Made by a program: the position numbers and the translations under genes. From positions 7,077-71,076 of the forward strand of contig CAWIBP010000004.1 of the NCBI GenBank assembly GCA_963834415.1: 64,000 nucleotides of DNA. The letters are read 5' to 3'. The stretch comes from an uncultured Actinomycetes bacterium. Its GTDB lineage: Bacteria > Actinomycetota > Thermoleophilia > Gaiellales > JALYLC01. Under the pieces are notes generated by a model. That model did not search any database, was not told the DNA's origin, and saw only the letters and a program-made list of their open reading frames with translations. This document shows, piece after piece, positions 1 to 10,729 of the stretch. Position 1 is the stretch's first letter; every line of letters starts with the position of its first letter.

Positions 1-54
1 GATCGTATCCGCGGAGTCTGCCGGAATCGGGTAAGGCTCCGCAGGAGCGGAGGA

Positions 55-3000
55 TCAGGCCGCAGCGGCGTCCGACAGCGCGCACAGCGTCGAGATCAGG
101 CGCATCTGGTCGAGCGTCTTCGGGTGCGTCTCGAGCAGCGTCGGGGCGCACACGAGATAGGCCAGGCAGCGCGCCCGGCTGATCGCCACGTTGAGCCGGT
201 TGCGGCTGAACAGGAAGGCGATGTCGCGCGGCACGTCCTCGCCGCTCGAGGTCGCCATCGAGAAGAAGACGACCGGCGCCTCCTGGCCCTGGAAGCCGTC
301 GACCGTGCCGATGCGCACGCCGTCGGGGAGCGCCTGCGCCGCAGCAGGCGCATCTGCGCGTTGTAGGGCGCGACGACCATGCAGTCGTCCGCGGCGCAGC
401 GGGCGCTCGCGGCCGTCCATGTCCACGTACGGCTGGCCGAGCAGGCGCTCGATCTCGGCGCGGATCGCCTCGGCCTCCTCGGGCGACGCCGAGCGTTGCC
501 GGCGTGCGCGACGACCAGCTGCCGGATCCCCGCCTCGCCGCCGACGCTCTGCCGGGCGCAGTCGGCGTGCGCGTGCAGACGCCCCTCGTAGACCTCGCTC
601 GGAGATGAACGTGCAGACGTCCGGGTGCATCCGCCAGCGTCTCGGTCGAGGAAGAGCCCGCGCTCGGGCGGCACCGTCGGATGCCCGTCGAGCAGGTGCT
701 CGAGCACGCTCGGCGCTGGTGCCGCCGGGGTGGATCGCCTGCGAGACGTGCGGCAGCTGCAGCGGGTCGCCGAGCAGGATCAGGTTGCGCGCCGACGTGC
801 CGGCCGCGAGCGCGTCGGCGAGCGAGAGCTGGCCGGCCTCGTCGATCACCAGGTAGTCGAGCTGCTCGTCGGCGAACTCGGGCGCGAACAGCCACGAGGT
901 GCCGGCGACGAGCTGGTGCTGCGGGTCGAAGCACGCGGCGCCGTTGCCGGAGACGGCCTTCGTGCGCCAGTGCTCGGGCATCGGTGCGCCGCCCGCGGCG
1001 CGCGCCGCGGAACTGCACGTCGTCCTCGTCGGCCGCGCGCTCGATCTCGCCCAGCAGGTTGTCGATCGCCTTGTGGCTCATCGCGGTGACGCCGACGCGC
1101 TTGCCGTCCGTCGATGAGGTCGACGATCAGGCGCGCGCCGAGCCACGTCTTGCCCGTGCCCGGTGGGCCCTGGACGACGAGCGTGCTCTCGTCGAGCGTG
1201 CGCGCCAGGTGGCGCGCCGTCTCGAGATCGGTGGTCTGGATCGCCGCGCCGGGCGTCCCGCCCGCAAACCTGGGCGGCTCGTGCGCGAGCACGTCCCGGA
1301 GCGCCCGGAAGCGGCTGCTGCCGTCGCGCACCGCGATCGCGAGCCGCAGCAGCGCGGCGCGCTGGGCGTCGGTCCTCAGCGGGCCTCCGGGGATCAGCGC
1401 GTGCGGCAACGGCTCGTCGACGCTCGCCTTTCCCCGCCGGACGACGATCAGCTTCCGATCCTCGTCGACCGCGCTGACGTTGACGCCCTTGCCGGTCGCC
1501 GGGTCGACCCACGACCCCGGCTCGATCTTGTGCTCCTGCTCGGGATACGTCAGGTCGTGCTCGTAGCTGCGGGTCGAGGCGTCGCGCGGGACGCCGACCG
1601 GACTCGAGCCCGGCCACCGTCTCGCTGTCCTGCATGAGCGCGCTCTCGTCCATCTCACGACAGGCGTAGTGCCGCCACCAGATCGGCCGAGCCTCGCGCC
1701 GGTGGTACTCGAGCAGCTGCCCGGCGAGCCAGCGCACGCGACCCCTGCGGCTCCCCGTCGGTGAGCTCCTGCCTCAGATGCTCCCGGGCCGTCGCCTCCT
1801 CGGCGTCGTCCTCGTCGGGCACCTTGTGCGCGATCGGCGCGGGCCCGGTGATCCCGCCCGGCCGCACCGCGAGCAGCCAGTTGCGCAGCGCGCCGGTCGC
1901 CCGGCAATCCTCGTCGTTGTAGGCGGCGATCGCGTCGAGCTCGCTCGGGTCGCGGCTCGTGCGCCAGCGCTCGTAGCCGAGCACGGCGTCCGATCCGGAG
2001 CCCATGTCGGCCTCGCGCACGAACCCGGCCAGCCGCTCGGTCTGCTTCAGCGAGTAGCTGCGCACGCCCGCGCGCAGCGCCTGCTTCGTGACGGTGAGGA
2101 GGTCGACGAAGACGTTGCGGCGGAGCAGGTCGTCCACCTCCGCCTCGCGTGTGGCGTGCTCGGCCATCAGCTGCTTGACCACGGACGGCTCGGCGGCGCT
2201 GTAGTGGTAGACGTGCATGTCGGGGAATGCCGCGAGGCGTGCGCCGAGGAGGTCGATGAGGCGCTCGAACGCGGCCTTCTCCTCGTGCCCGGTCGTGCGC
2301 CCAGATCGCCTCGTAGCGCCAGCCGTCGCCCTCGCGGAGGAGCAGGCCGACGAGGAACGTCAGGCCCTGCGCGGGCGTCCAGAACGGGTCGCCCTCGAAG
2401 TCGAACATGACATCGCCGAGCGACGGCTCGGGCAGGAGCGCGAAGCCGCGTTCCTCGACGGCCGGCAACAGCTCGTACGGCGGCGTGGCACCCGGGACGG
2501 CCTCGTGCTGAAGCCGTGCCTGCTGCATCAGTGCCGCGAGCAGCGTCGGCTGCATGCCCCTCACCGAGCTGCCCGGCGAGAGCGTCGCCAGCTGCGTGAG
2601 CGTGCGCACGCCCTCGGCCTCGAGCAGCGGGATGTGACTGCGCCGCAGACCCGCCACGCGCGTCAGATGATCGATCTCCTCCCAGTGCGCCTCGCACGTC
2701 GACTGGAACCGGCAGAACTGACAGTGGTCGCACGGGACGGGCTCGGTCGGCACGCGTGCCTCGACGGCGTGCTGCATGCCGAGCTTGGCGTGGCGCACGT
2801 ACGAGCCGATCTCGGGCACGCGGATCGACTCGCGCGTTCCCGAGCCGAGCTCGACGTGCACCCATGTGGGCCATTCGCCCTGGATGCGCGCGATGCCCGC
2901 GGCGTAGAAGCAGAGCTGCAGCGCGTGGTGCGGCAGCATCTCGTTGCGCGCGAGCTTCGTGTCGACGGCCTCGTAGGAGTAGGCACCGAGCGCCGACGGC

Positions 3001-3362
3001 GTGTCGATCCGTTCGAGGAAATCGGCGATGCCACGCCAGCCGTCGACGACGAACGGCGCCTGATAGATCACGTCGGCGCCCTCGCGCATGAGCTCCTCGG
3101 TGCGCGCGGCGCCGGCTGCCCAATCCCGGCTCTCGAATGCCACTTCGACGACATCGCGGCCCTGGGCGATCAGGCGGTCGCGATACTCGAGCTCGTGCTC
3201 ATTGCCCTTCGCGAAGATCATCTTCGTGTAGGCGGTCATGGTCGACGGTTTGGTACGCACTCCCTCGCTGACCTCGAGCGCGAGCGTCGTCAGATGTGCA
3301 CAGCTGAGATGCCCGCTGAGGTCGGTCGGCGAGAGCCAGAGTGTTCCGTCGCGTCGCTCCAT
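55..3362 (-). CDS. TM0106-family RecB-like nuclease / RNase H-like / SF1 (DNA2/NAM7-like) helicase fusion, frameshifted in this sequence
   Basis: N-term LSPTDLSGHLSC; PD-(D/E)xK-like GIADFL...EAVDTKLA; CDHCQFC; FDFEGDP and YNDEDC; Walker A QGPPGTGKT; Walker B VIDEAGQ; GTVDGFQGQE and RNRLNVAISRAR. Pieces lie in ORFs 846..3362, 1655..2218, 96..707 and 55..981. Confidence 0.88.
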
Positions 3363-3391
3363 GTGTCACACCGTAGGCGCACGGCGTTCGT

Positions 3392-3932
3392 ATGATCGAG
3401 CCGTGGACGCCACGCGGCGAGATCACGCCCGACCCCGGCAGCCGCGCTCGCGTGGGGCCGCGACGCTCCACGCGGGCAGCGCTACGGCGACCGAGCCCTA
3501 CGAGGTGCATCTCGATGCGGTCGCCGAGCGTGCTGCGGCGCTTCGGCCACGGCGACGACGCCGTGCTCATGAGCGCGGCCTACCTGCACGACACGATCGA
3601 GGATCAGGACGTGACGCGCGCAGCAGATCGCCGCGCGCTTCGGCGTGCGCGTCGCGGCATCGTCGACGCGGTCTCGGATCCGCCCGGCGCCGAGCGCGCA
3701 GCGACGCAGAAGGCCGCGGCCTACCCGCGCATCGCGCGCGCTCGACGACGCCGTGATCGTCAAGCTCGCCGACCGCATCGCGAACGTCGAGGCCGGCGGG
3801 CCGAAGGTCGCGATGTACGCGCGACGAGCAGGCCGTCGTTCCGCGGCGTCGTGCGCACCGGCCGGCGTCGCCGACGACATGTGGGCGCACCTCGACGCGC
3901 TGCTCAGTCCTTCGAGCGCCCCTGCGGGATGA
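3392..3932 (+). CDS. stand-alone RelA/SpoT-type HD hydrolase (Mesh1/small alarmone hydrolase-like), frameshifted
   Basis: Cross-frame reconstruction gives HAGQRYG..PYEVH, AAYLHDTIED, IVDAVSD and IVKLADRIAN, matching the RSH hydrolase motifs. Confidence 0.8.
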
Positions 3933-4100
3933 CGTACTCGCGGTAGAGCTGCTCGCAGGCGGTCGCCGCAGAAGCGCCGCTCCTCGCCCTCGACCTCGAC
4001 GCTGCCAGAGCCGCTTCGCGCACGACCTGGCCGCAGCAGTCGCACGGCGTGACGACGGTCTCCCAGACCTGCGTGATGTCAGCTCGACCCAGACGCCCAT
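3904..4100 (-). CDS. small Cys-rich putative metal-binding protein (TRASH/YHS-like), frameshifted
   Basis: Reconstructed about 62 aa: MGVWVE..ITQVWETVVTPCDCCGQVV.KRLWQ.EVEGEERRFCGD.CEQLYREYVIPQGRSKD. ATG lies 4 nt after the hydantoinase B stop. Confidence 0.6.
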
Positions 4101-4104
4101 GCAC

Positions 4105-5831
4105 TCAGCCCTCGTAGCCGTAGAGCTCGCGCGCGGCCTCGGCCGACACGAAGCCCTCGTCGACGTCGCGCGCGACGCGCGTCGCGGTCGCCGCTCGCGC
4201 GGGTCGCCGAAGCCGCCGCCGCCGGGCGAGTCGATCAGCACCTCGTCGCCGCCTGTCAGCCGGATGTTCGTGAACTTCGACGCCGACACCGTCCCGAAGA
4301 CCTCGCGTGAACGTGCGGAACTCGCTCGTCGCCGTTGCGCTTGACGCGGATCGCGCCGCGGCCGCCCTTGCCGCCGCCCTCGAGGCCCCAGCGCGCCGAA
4401 GCCCTCCTTCGTGCGGTCGAACAGGGCGTTGGCGGTGACCTCGGCGCCCTCGGCGACGCGCATGATGCGCCGCGTGCCCGAGCCCGCCGCGCATGCGCCC
4501 GGCGCCGCCCGAGTCGTGGATCAGGCGAGTACTCGACGACTCGCAGCGGGTAGCGCGTCTCGAAGATCTCGACCGGCGTGTTGCGGCAGTTGCCGTTCTT
4601 GACGATGATCGCGTCGTTGCCGTCGTCGTAGGCACTTCGCGCCCCAGCCGCCGCCCTCGAGGTGGTAGTTGGCGTAGTAGTCGCCGGTCTTCGGGTGGAC
4701 GCCGCCGAAGAGGAAGTTGCAGGCCGTGCCGCCCTCGGCCGCGGCCACGCGGTCGCGGCAGCGCCGGCGCCAGCGCGCGCGATGACCATGTCGGCGAGCT
4801 TCGGGTGCGTCTCGGTGTTGCCGCCGACCGACGGCCCCGGGTAGACGACGTTCACGACGGTGCCGGGCGGCGCGATGATGTGGATCGGCCGGTAGGCGCC
4901 GCGTGTTCTTCGGGATGTTCGCGTCGGTGACGTGGAAGATCGCGTTGTAGACCGCGCCCGCCGTCACGCCGTAGGTCGCGTTGATCGGCCCGCGCACCTG
5001 CGGCGTCGGTGCCCGTCCAGTCGACGATCAGCCGGTCGCCGTCGCACGGTCACCGTGACGTGGAAGGTGACCGGCGTCGTCGACCGACGCCGTCGTCCTC
5101 CATGTGTCTCGGTGAACTCGTAGACGCCGTCCGGGATGCGCCGCGATCTCGGCGCGCATCCAGCGCTCGGAGTAGTCCATCAGCTCGCTCGGAGGCCTGC
5201 GTCGACGAACGTCGCGGCCGTAGCGGTCGAGCAGCTCGGTCACGCTGCGCTCGGCGACGCGCAGCGAGCCGATCTGCGCGTTGAGGTCGCCCCAGGTGTT
5301 CCGCGGCGTGCGGTGGTTGGCCATGATCAGCCGCCACAGGTCCATGTCGTTCGACGTCGCGCTTGACGATCTTGACCGGCGGGATGCGCAGGCCCTCCTG
5401 GAAGACCTCGGTGGCGTCGGCCGCGAACGAGCCCGACCGCCTTGCCGCCGATCTCGGCCAGGTGGCCGACGTTGGCCACGAAGCCGAACAGCTCGCCCTC
5501 GTGGAAGACGGCGCGGATCACGCTGTGCTCGGGGATGTGCGCGCCGCCGCGGTAGGGGTCGTTGTGCAGGACGACGTCGCCGGGCTCGAAGGCGTCGACG
5601 CCGAGCTCCTCGATCGTCCAGCGCACGATGAACAGGCTCGCCGCGATCTGCGCGGGGCAGAACTCGGCCTGGCCGATCATGTCGCCGTCGCGGTCGAAGA
5701 GCACGCACGAGAAGTCGAGGCCCTCGTTGAAGATCGGCGAGAACGCGGTGCGCATCATCGTGATCCCCATCTCGCGGCAGATGTTGACGAAGTTGTTGTT
5801 GATGATGGTCAGGGTGACGGGATCGATCCAT
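4105..5831 (-). CDS. hydantoinase B / 5-oxoprolinase family protein, frameshifted
   Basis: DPVTLTIINNNFVNICREMGITMMRTAFSPIFNEGLDFSC; NDPYRGGAHIPE; GHLAEIGG; NTPVEIFETRYP; DSGGAGRMRGGLG; SPGGGGFGDP. Confidence 0.92.
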
Positions 5832-5834
5832 CGG

Positions 5835-7903
5835 CCGCGTCACGTCCAGGTCCCGCTCGCCGTCGGCGCCTCAGGCGACCACTCCGGCGGCACGACGACC
5901 GTCGAGTCCATCGACTCGACGATCAGCGGCCCGTCGCGCGCTCGCCCGCGCGCCAGGCCCTCGCGGCGGACGACCGGCGCGTCGCCACGAAGCCGTGCTC
6001 CGGGAAGTAGCACCTCGGCGGTCGCGCTCGGCGCCGCCCGCGCCCGCCGCTGCCGCGGGCTGCGAGCGCGACGGCTCGGCGGCGCCTCGGTGGCCACGAC
6101 CGAGAGCGCGGACGAGCTCGATCGGGATCGCCGTCCAGGCGGTAGCCGTAGAACTCCTCGTAGAGGCGGTCGTAGTCCGCGTAGCATCGCGGTCAGCGCG
6201 ACGCTCGTCGATGACGCCCGTCGGCACGATCACCTCCTGCTCGTAGTTCTGGCCCTGGTAGCGCATCGCGATCGCGCGCCGCACGTCGGGCTGCGCGTCG
6301 CTGCCGCCCTGGGCCGCGAAGTCGGCCCGGGCGCTCGCCTCGAGCTCGCCGAAGCAGCGCCGTCGAGTCGCCCGCCGAGCGTGCGCGCGGTCGGTCAGGA
6401 GACACGCTGCGCACCGCGTCGACGCGCACGCTCGCCGCGAGCGCGCCGAACGCCGAGCAGAGCCCGGGCGCGGCGGCACGAGCGACGCGCGCGCATGCCG
6501 ATCGCGTCGGCGATCTCGCAGGCGTGCGTCGGCGCCGGCGCCGCCGAACGCGATCAGCGCGAAGCCGCGCGGATCGATGCCCTCGCTCGACGGTCACGAT
6601 GCGGATCGGCGTTGGCCATGTTCTCGTTGGCGATGCGCACGATCGCCGAGGCGGCCTCGACTCGTCGAAGCCGAGGCGCTCGCCGAGCCGCGCGATGGCC
6701 GCGCGCGCGAGCTCCGGCGTCGAGCTGCAGGCGGCCGCCCAGGAAGAAGCCCGGGTCGAGGCGGCCGAGCACGATGTTGGCGTCGGTGATCGTCGCCTCG
6801 TCGCCGCCGCGGCCGTAGGCGGCGCGGGCCCGGGCTCGGCGCCCGCGCTCTGCGGGCCGACCTGCAGGAAGCCGCCGGGGTCGACCCAGCCGATCGAGCC
6901 GCCGCCGGCGCCGATCGTGCGCGTCGAGACGCTCTGCACGCTCACCGGCAGGCCGAACTCGATCTCGAAGTCGGAGCGAGTAGAGCGGCTCGCCGTCGAC
7001 GATCAGGCAGACGTCGCAGCTCGTGCCGCCCATGTCGAGCGCCACGGCCTGCTCGCCGCCGGCCGCGCGCGCCATGTGCGCGCCGCCGATCGCGCCGCCC
7101 GCGATGCCGGAGAGCAGCAGGTGCGCCGGGCGCTCGCGGGCCTCGTGCGCGAGCGCGTGCCCGCCGTTCGACTTCAGCAGCGACCAGCGGCCGGCCACGC
7201 CCTGCTCCGTCGAGCGCGGCCGCAGACGCCGTCCACGTAGCGCTCGAAGAGCGGCTTCGTGTACGCGTCGACCGCCGTCGTGGTGCCGCGCTCGTACTCG
7301 CGCCAGATCGGCGCGATCTCGTGCGAGAGCGAGACCGGCAGGTCGGGGAAGCGCTCGCGCAGCAGGTCGTCGGCGTCGCCCGCTCGTGCTCGGGGTTGAG
7401 GTAGGAGAAGAGCAGGCAGACGGCCACCGCGACCGGGCCCCCGCCGTTCGCCGAGAGGCGCGCCTCGACGAGCTCGGCGAGCGCCGTCGAGCGCGATCGG
7501 CTCGAGCACGCCGCCCTCCTCGTCGACCCGCTCGGCGACGCCGAGGCAGTCGGGGCGGCGCACTCAGCGGCGTGGGCTTGCGCCAGTGCGAAGTCGTAGT
7601 GGTGCTTGCGGTTGATGCGCTGGATGTACGGGACGTCCTCGAAGCCCTTGGTCGTGAGGTAGAGCGACGCGCGCGCCCTTGCGGGTGCAGCACGGCGTTG
7701 ATGCCGATCGTCGTGCCGACGACGACGAAGCTCGACGTCGGCCGGGTCGAAGCCCGCGGTCGCCGAGCGCCTGCGGCGATCGCCGCGACCGGGTTGCCCG
7801 GGTTCGACGGCACCTTCGCGACGTACCAGCGGCCCGTCGCGTCATCGACCGCGACGAGGTCGGTGAACGTGCCGCCGGTGTCGATTCCGACTCTGACTCC
7901 CAT
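5835..7903 (-). CDS. hydantoinase A / 5-oxoprolinase family protein, frameshifted (3' end approximate)
   Basis: MGVRVGIDTGGTFTD; GTTIGINA; REYERGTTTAVDAY; DMGGTSCDV; IGAGGGSIGWVD; ATITDANIVLGRL; MRYQGQNYE; GPLIVESMDSTVVVPP. Confidence 0.92.
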
Positions 7904-7957
7904 GCGGGCGACAGTACCGGCAACGAGGCCCGCGCTGCGGACCAAGCCGTCTGCCGA

Positions 7958-8158
7958 GCATTTGGGGCCTGGCCCCAATTGCACGCATCTGGGGCCTGGC
8001 TTAGTTGCACGGCGCGTGCATTTGGGGCCTGGCCCCAGTTGCACGGCGCGCAGCCGCCGCCGGGAAGCGTGTGCACGTGCGAGCCGCTCGGACGCGCGCG
8101 GCCGTGGACTTCGAACGGCCGGCGGCCGTGCAATCGGGGCCTGGCCCCGATTGCACGG
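7958..8158. repeat. cluster of four REP-like palindromes, consensus GTGCA(A/T)YNGGGGCC-T-GGCCCCNRTTGCAC
   Basis: Copies at 7958-7984, 7985-8010 (degenerate), 8016-8044 and 8126-8158. The last is a perfect 16-1-16 inverted repeat, CCGTGCAATCGGGGCC T GGCCCCGATTGCACGG. Confidence 0.85.
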
Positions 8159-8209
8159 TCGGTGCGGCGTGTAGCATCGGCGGCCCAGCACCCGGCCGAG
8201 GAGATACAG

Positions 8210-8530
8210 GTGGCAACTCGCGGAGTCGTTCCGTTCGGTGAGCAGTCGTGGGACGAGGAGGCCGAGGGCGTGCGGGCGCAGGTCTGCGACGTGGACGGGG
8301 CCCGCTGGGCGATCGTCGAGTACGCGCCGGGCGCGGGCCGGCCGGAGTTCTGCGAGGTCGGTCACGAGGGCTTCGTGATCTCGGGCGAGATCGAGTACGA
8401 GTTCTCTTCCGGCGGCACCATCACCGCCACGGCGGGCCAGGGCTTCCGCCTGCCGGGCGACGATCCGCACCGCGGCCTCAACCGCGGCTCGGTGCCCGCG
8501 CGCCTGCTCGTGATCGACGACGTGGAGTAG
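8210..8530 (+). CDS. cupin domain protein
   Basis: GAGGAG RBS before GTG; 106 aa; EFCEVGHEGFVISGEIEYEF...GQGFRLPGDDPHRG cupin-like motifs. Confidence 0.75.
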   Translation: MATRGVVPFGEQSWDEEAEGVRAQVCDVDGARWAIVEYAPGAGRPEFCEVGHEGFVISGEIEYEFSSGGTITATAGQGFRLPGDDPHRGLNRGSVPARLLVIDDVE

Positions 8531-8605
8531 CCCGCGCTCAGCCCGCCGCGGCCGCAGGCAGGCTGAGGGGTAATGCCGGCCGCGCGAACGGCCGATAGGA
8601 AGCGT

Positions 8606-10729
8606 GTGAGTCCGCCGCCAGCGAACCCCGGGCCAGCCCGACGGCCGGCCCGCCCCCGAGGCCGGCCTCCGCCACGTCGTGGACGGCATGCACGAGGGCG
8701 TGGTCGTACGCGACGCGGACGGCGTGATCGTGTACGTCAACGAGGCCGCCGAGCGCATCCTGCGGCGCACGCGCGCGCAGCTCGATCGGCGCCACGTCCG
8801 TCAACGAGCGCGGCGGCGTCCACGCCGACGGCATCGCCGTTCCCGCGGCAGCGAGTCGGCCACGAGCGTCGCGCTCGCGACCGGGCAGGACGTCGTCGAC
8901 GAGCTCGTCGGCCTGCACATGGAGCGACGGCGAGCTGCGCTGGTTCTGGGTCAATGCCCGCGCGCTGTGCGAGGGCGAGGTCATCACCGGCGTGCTCTCG
9001 ACCTTCGTCGACGTCACCGAGCACCAGGACATGGTCGCCGCGCTGGCCGAGTCGGAGCGGCGCTTCCGCCTGCTCGCCGAGAACGCCGGCGACCTGATCA
9101 CGAGCATCGACCCGGGCGGGATCCGCAGCTACGTCTCGCCGTCGTGCCGCGCGCTGCTCGGCTACGAGCCGGAGGAGCTGATCGGCCAGGTCGCCGTGGA
9201 GATCGTGCACCCGGACGACCGCGCCGTCATCGGCGGCTACCTGCAGGCGCTCGCGATCGAGGGCACCGGCTCCGCCGAGGGCCGCTTCATGCACAAGGAC
9301 GGCCGCGCGATCTGGTTCGAGACGCGCGGGCGCGCCGTGCTCGACGACGAGGGCCGCGTGATCGAGGTGCAGGTCGTCGCGCGCGACGTGACCGAGCGGC
9401 GCCGGGCCGAGGAGACGCTGCGCGCCAGCGAGGCCGCGGCCGTCGCCGCCCGCCACTCGCTCGAGGCCGTGCTCGACGCGACGACGGAGCACGCGATCAT
9501 CGGCACCGACACCTCGGGCCTGATCACCGTCTTCAACGGCGGCGCCGAGCGCATGCTCGGGTATCGCACGGAGGAGATCGTCGGGATCGCGCGAGCCGCG
9601 CTCTTCCACAAGCCGGAGGAGCTCGAGCGGCGCGCGCGTCGAGCTCGGCGTGCCGGCCGCCGACGTGCTCGGCCACGGCGCGCGCGAACAGGGCTCCGAG
9701 ACACGCGACTGGACGTTCGTGCGCCGCGACGGCAGCGAGCTCCCCGTCTCGCTGGCGGTCAGCGCGATCCGCGCGCCCGGCGGCGAGCTCGCCGGCTACC
9801 TCGGCATCGGGCTCGACATCACCAGCGAGCGCACCGCCGCGAGCGAGTTGCGCGACGCGGAGCAGCGCTTCCGCAGCACCTTCGACGAGGCGCCGATCGG
9901 CATGGCGATCGTCTCGCCCGAGGGGCGCTTCACGCGCGTCAACGCCACCCTCACGCGCATCACCGGGTACGCCGAGCACGATCTCCTGACACGCACGTTC
10001 CAGGACATCACGCATCCCGACGACCTCGAGCCTCGACCTCGAGCAGCTCGCCCGCCTCGTCTCGCGGCGAGATCGACTCGTACGAGATGGAGAAGCGCTA
10101 TCGCCACGCGGCCGGCCACTACGTCTGGGTTCTCCTGAGCGTCTCGCTCGTGCGCGACGAGGCCGGCAGGCCACGGCACTTCGTCTCGCACATCCAGGAC
10201 ATCGGCCAGCAGAAGCTGGCGGCCGAGCGGCTGACCGAGCTGACGCTCCACGATCCGCTGACGGCACTCCCGAACCGCGTGCTCTTCGCGGACCGCCTCG
10301 ACGCACGCGGTCGAGCGCGCGCGCGGCTCGCAGGAGCAGGTCGCGTTGCTGTTCATCGACCTCGACCGCTTCAAGGAGGTCAACGACAGCCTCGGCCACG
10401 TCGTCGGCGACGAGCTGCTGCGGCAGGCCGCGGAGCGCATGCGCGGCGCCGTGCGACCGTCCGACACGGTCGCGCGCTTCGGCGGCGACGAGTTCACCGT
10501 GCTGTGCGAGGACCTCAGCTCGGGCGACGAGGCGGTCGCCGTCGCCGACCGCCTGCGCATTGAGCTGGAGCGCCCGTTCCGGCTGTTCGGCCACACGACG
10601 AGCATCGGCGTGAGCATCGGCATCGCCGTCGCCGGCGCGTCCGCCACCGCCGACTCGTTGCTCGCCGAGGCCGATGCGGCGATGTATCGCGCGAAGAACG
10701 ACCGCCGCGACCTGAGAGGCGCCGCGTGA
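8606..10729 (+). CDS. multi-PAS/PAC diguanylate cyclase (GGDEF), frameshifted
   Basis: About four PAS domains (IVYVNEAAERIL; LAENAGDLI..VHPDD; VFNGGAERMLGY; ITHPDD); HDPLTALPNR; LFIDLDRFKEVNDSLGH; ARFGGDEF; ADAAMYRAK. Confidence 0.92.

Noticed and set aside
7958..8158. CRISPR array
   Set aside because: Spacing is 0, 5 and about 80 nt rather than regular unique spacers, the units vary, and there are no cas genes.
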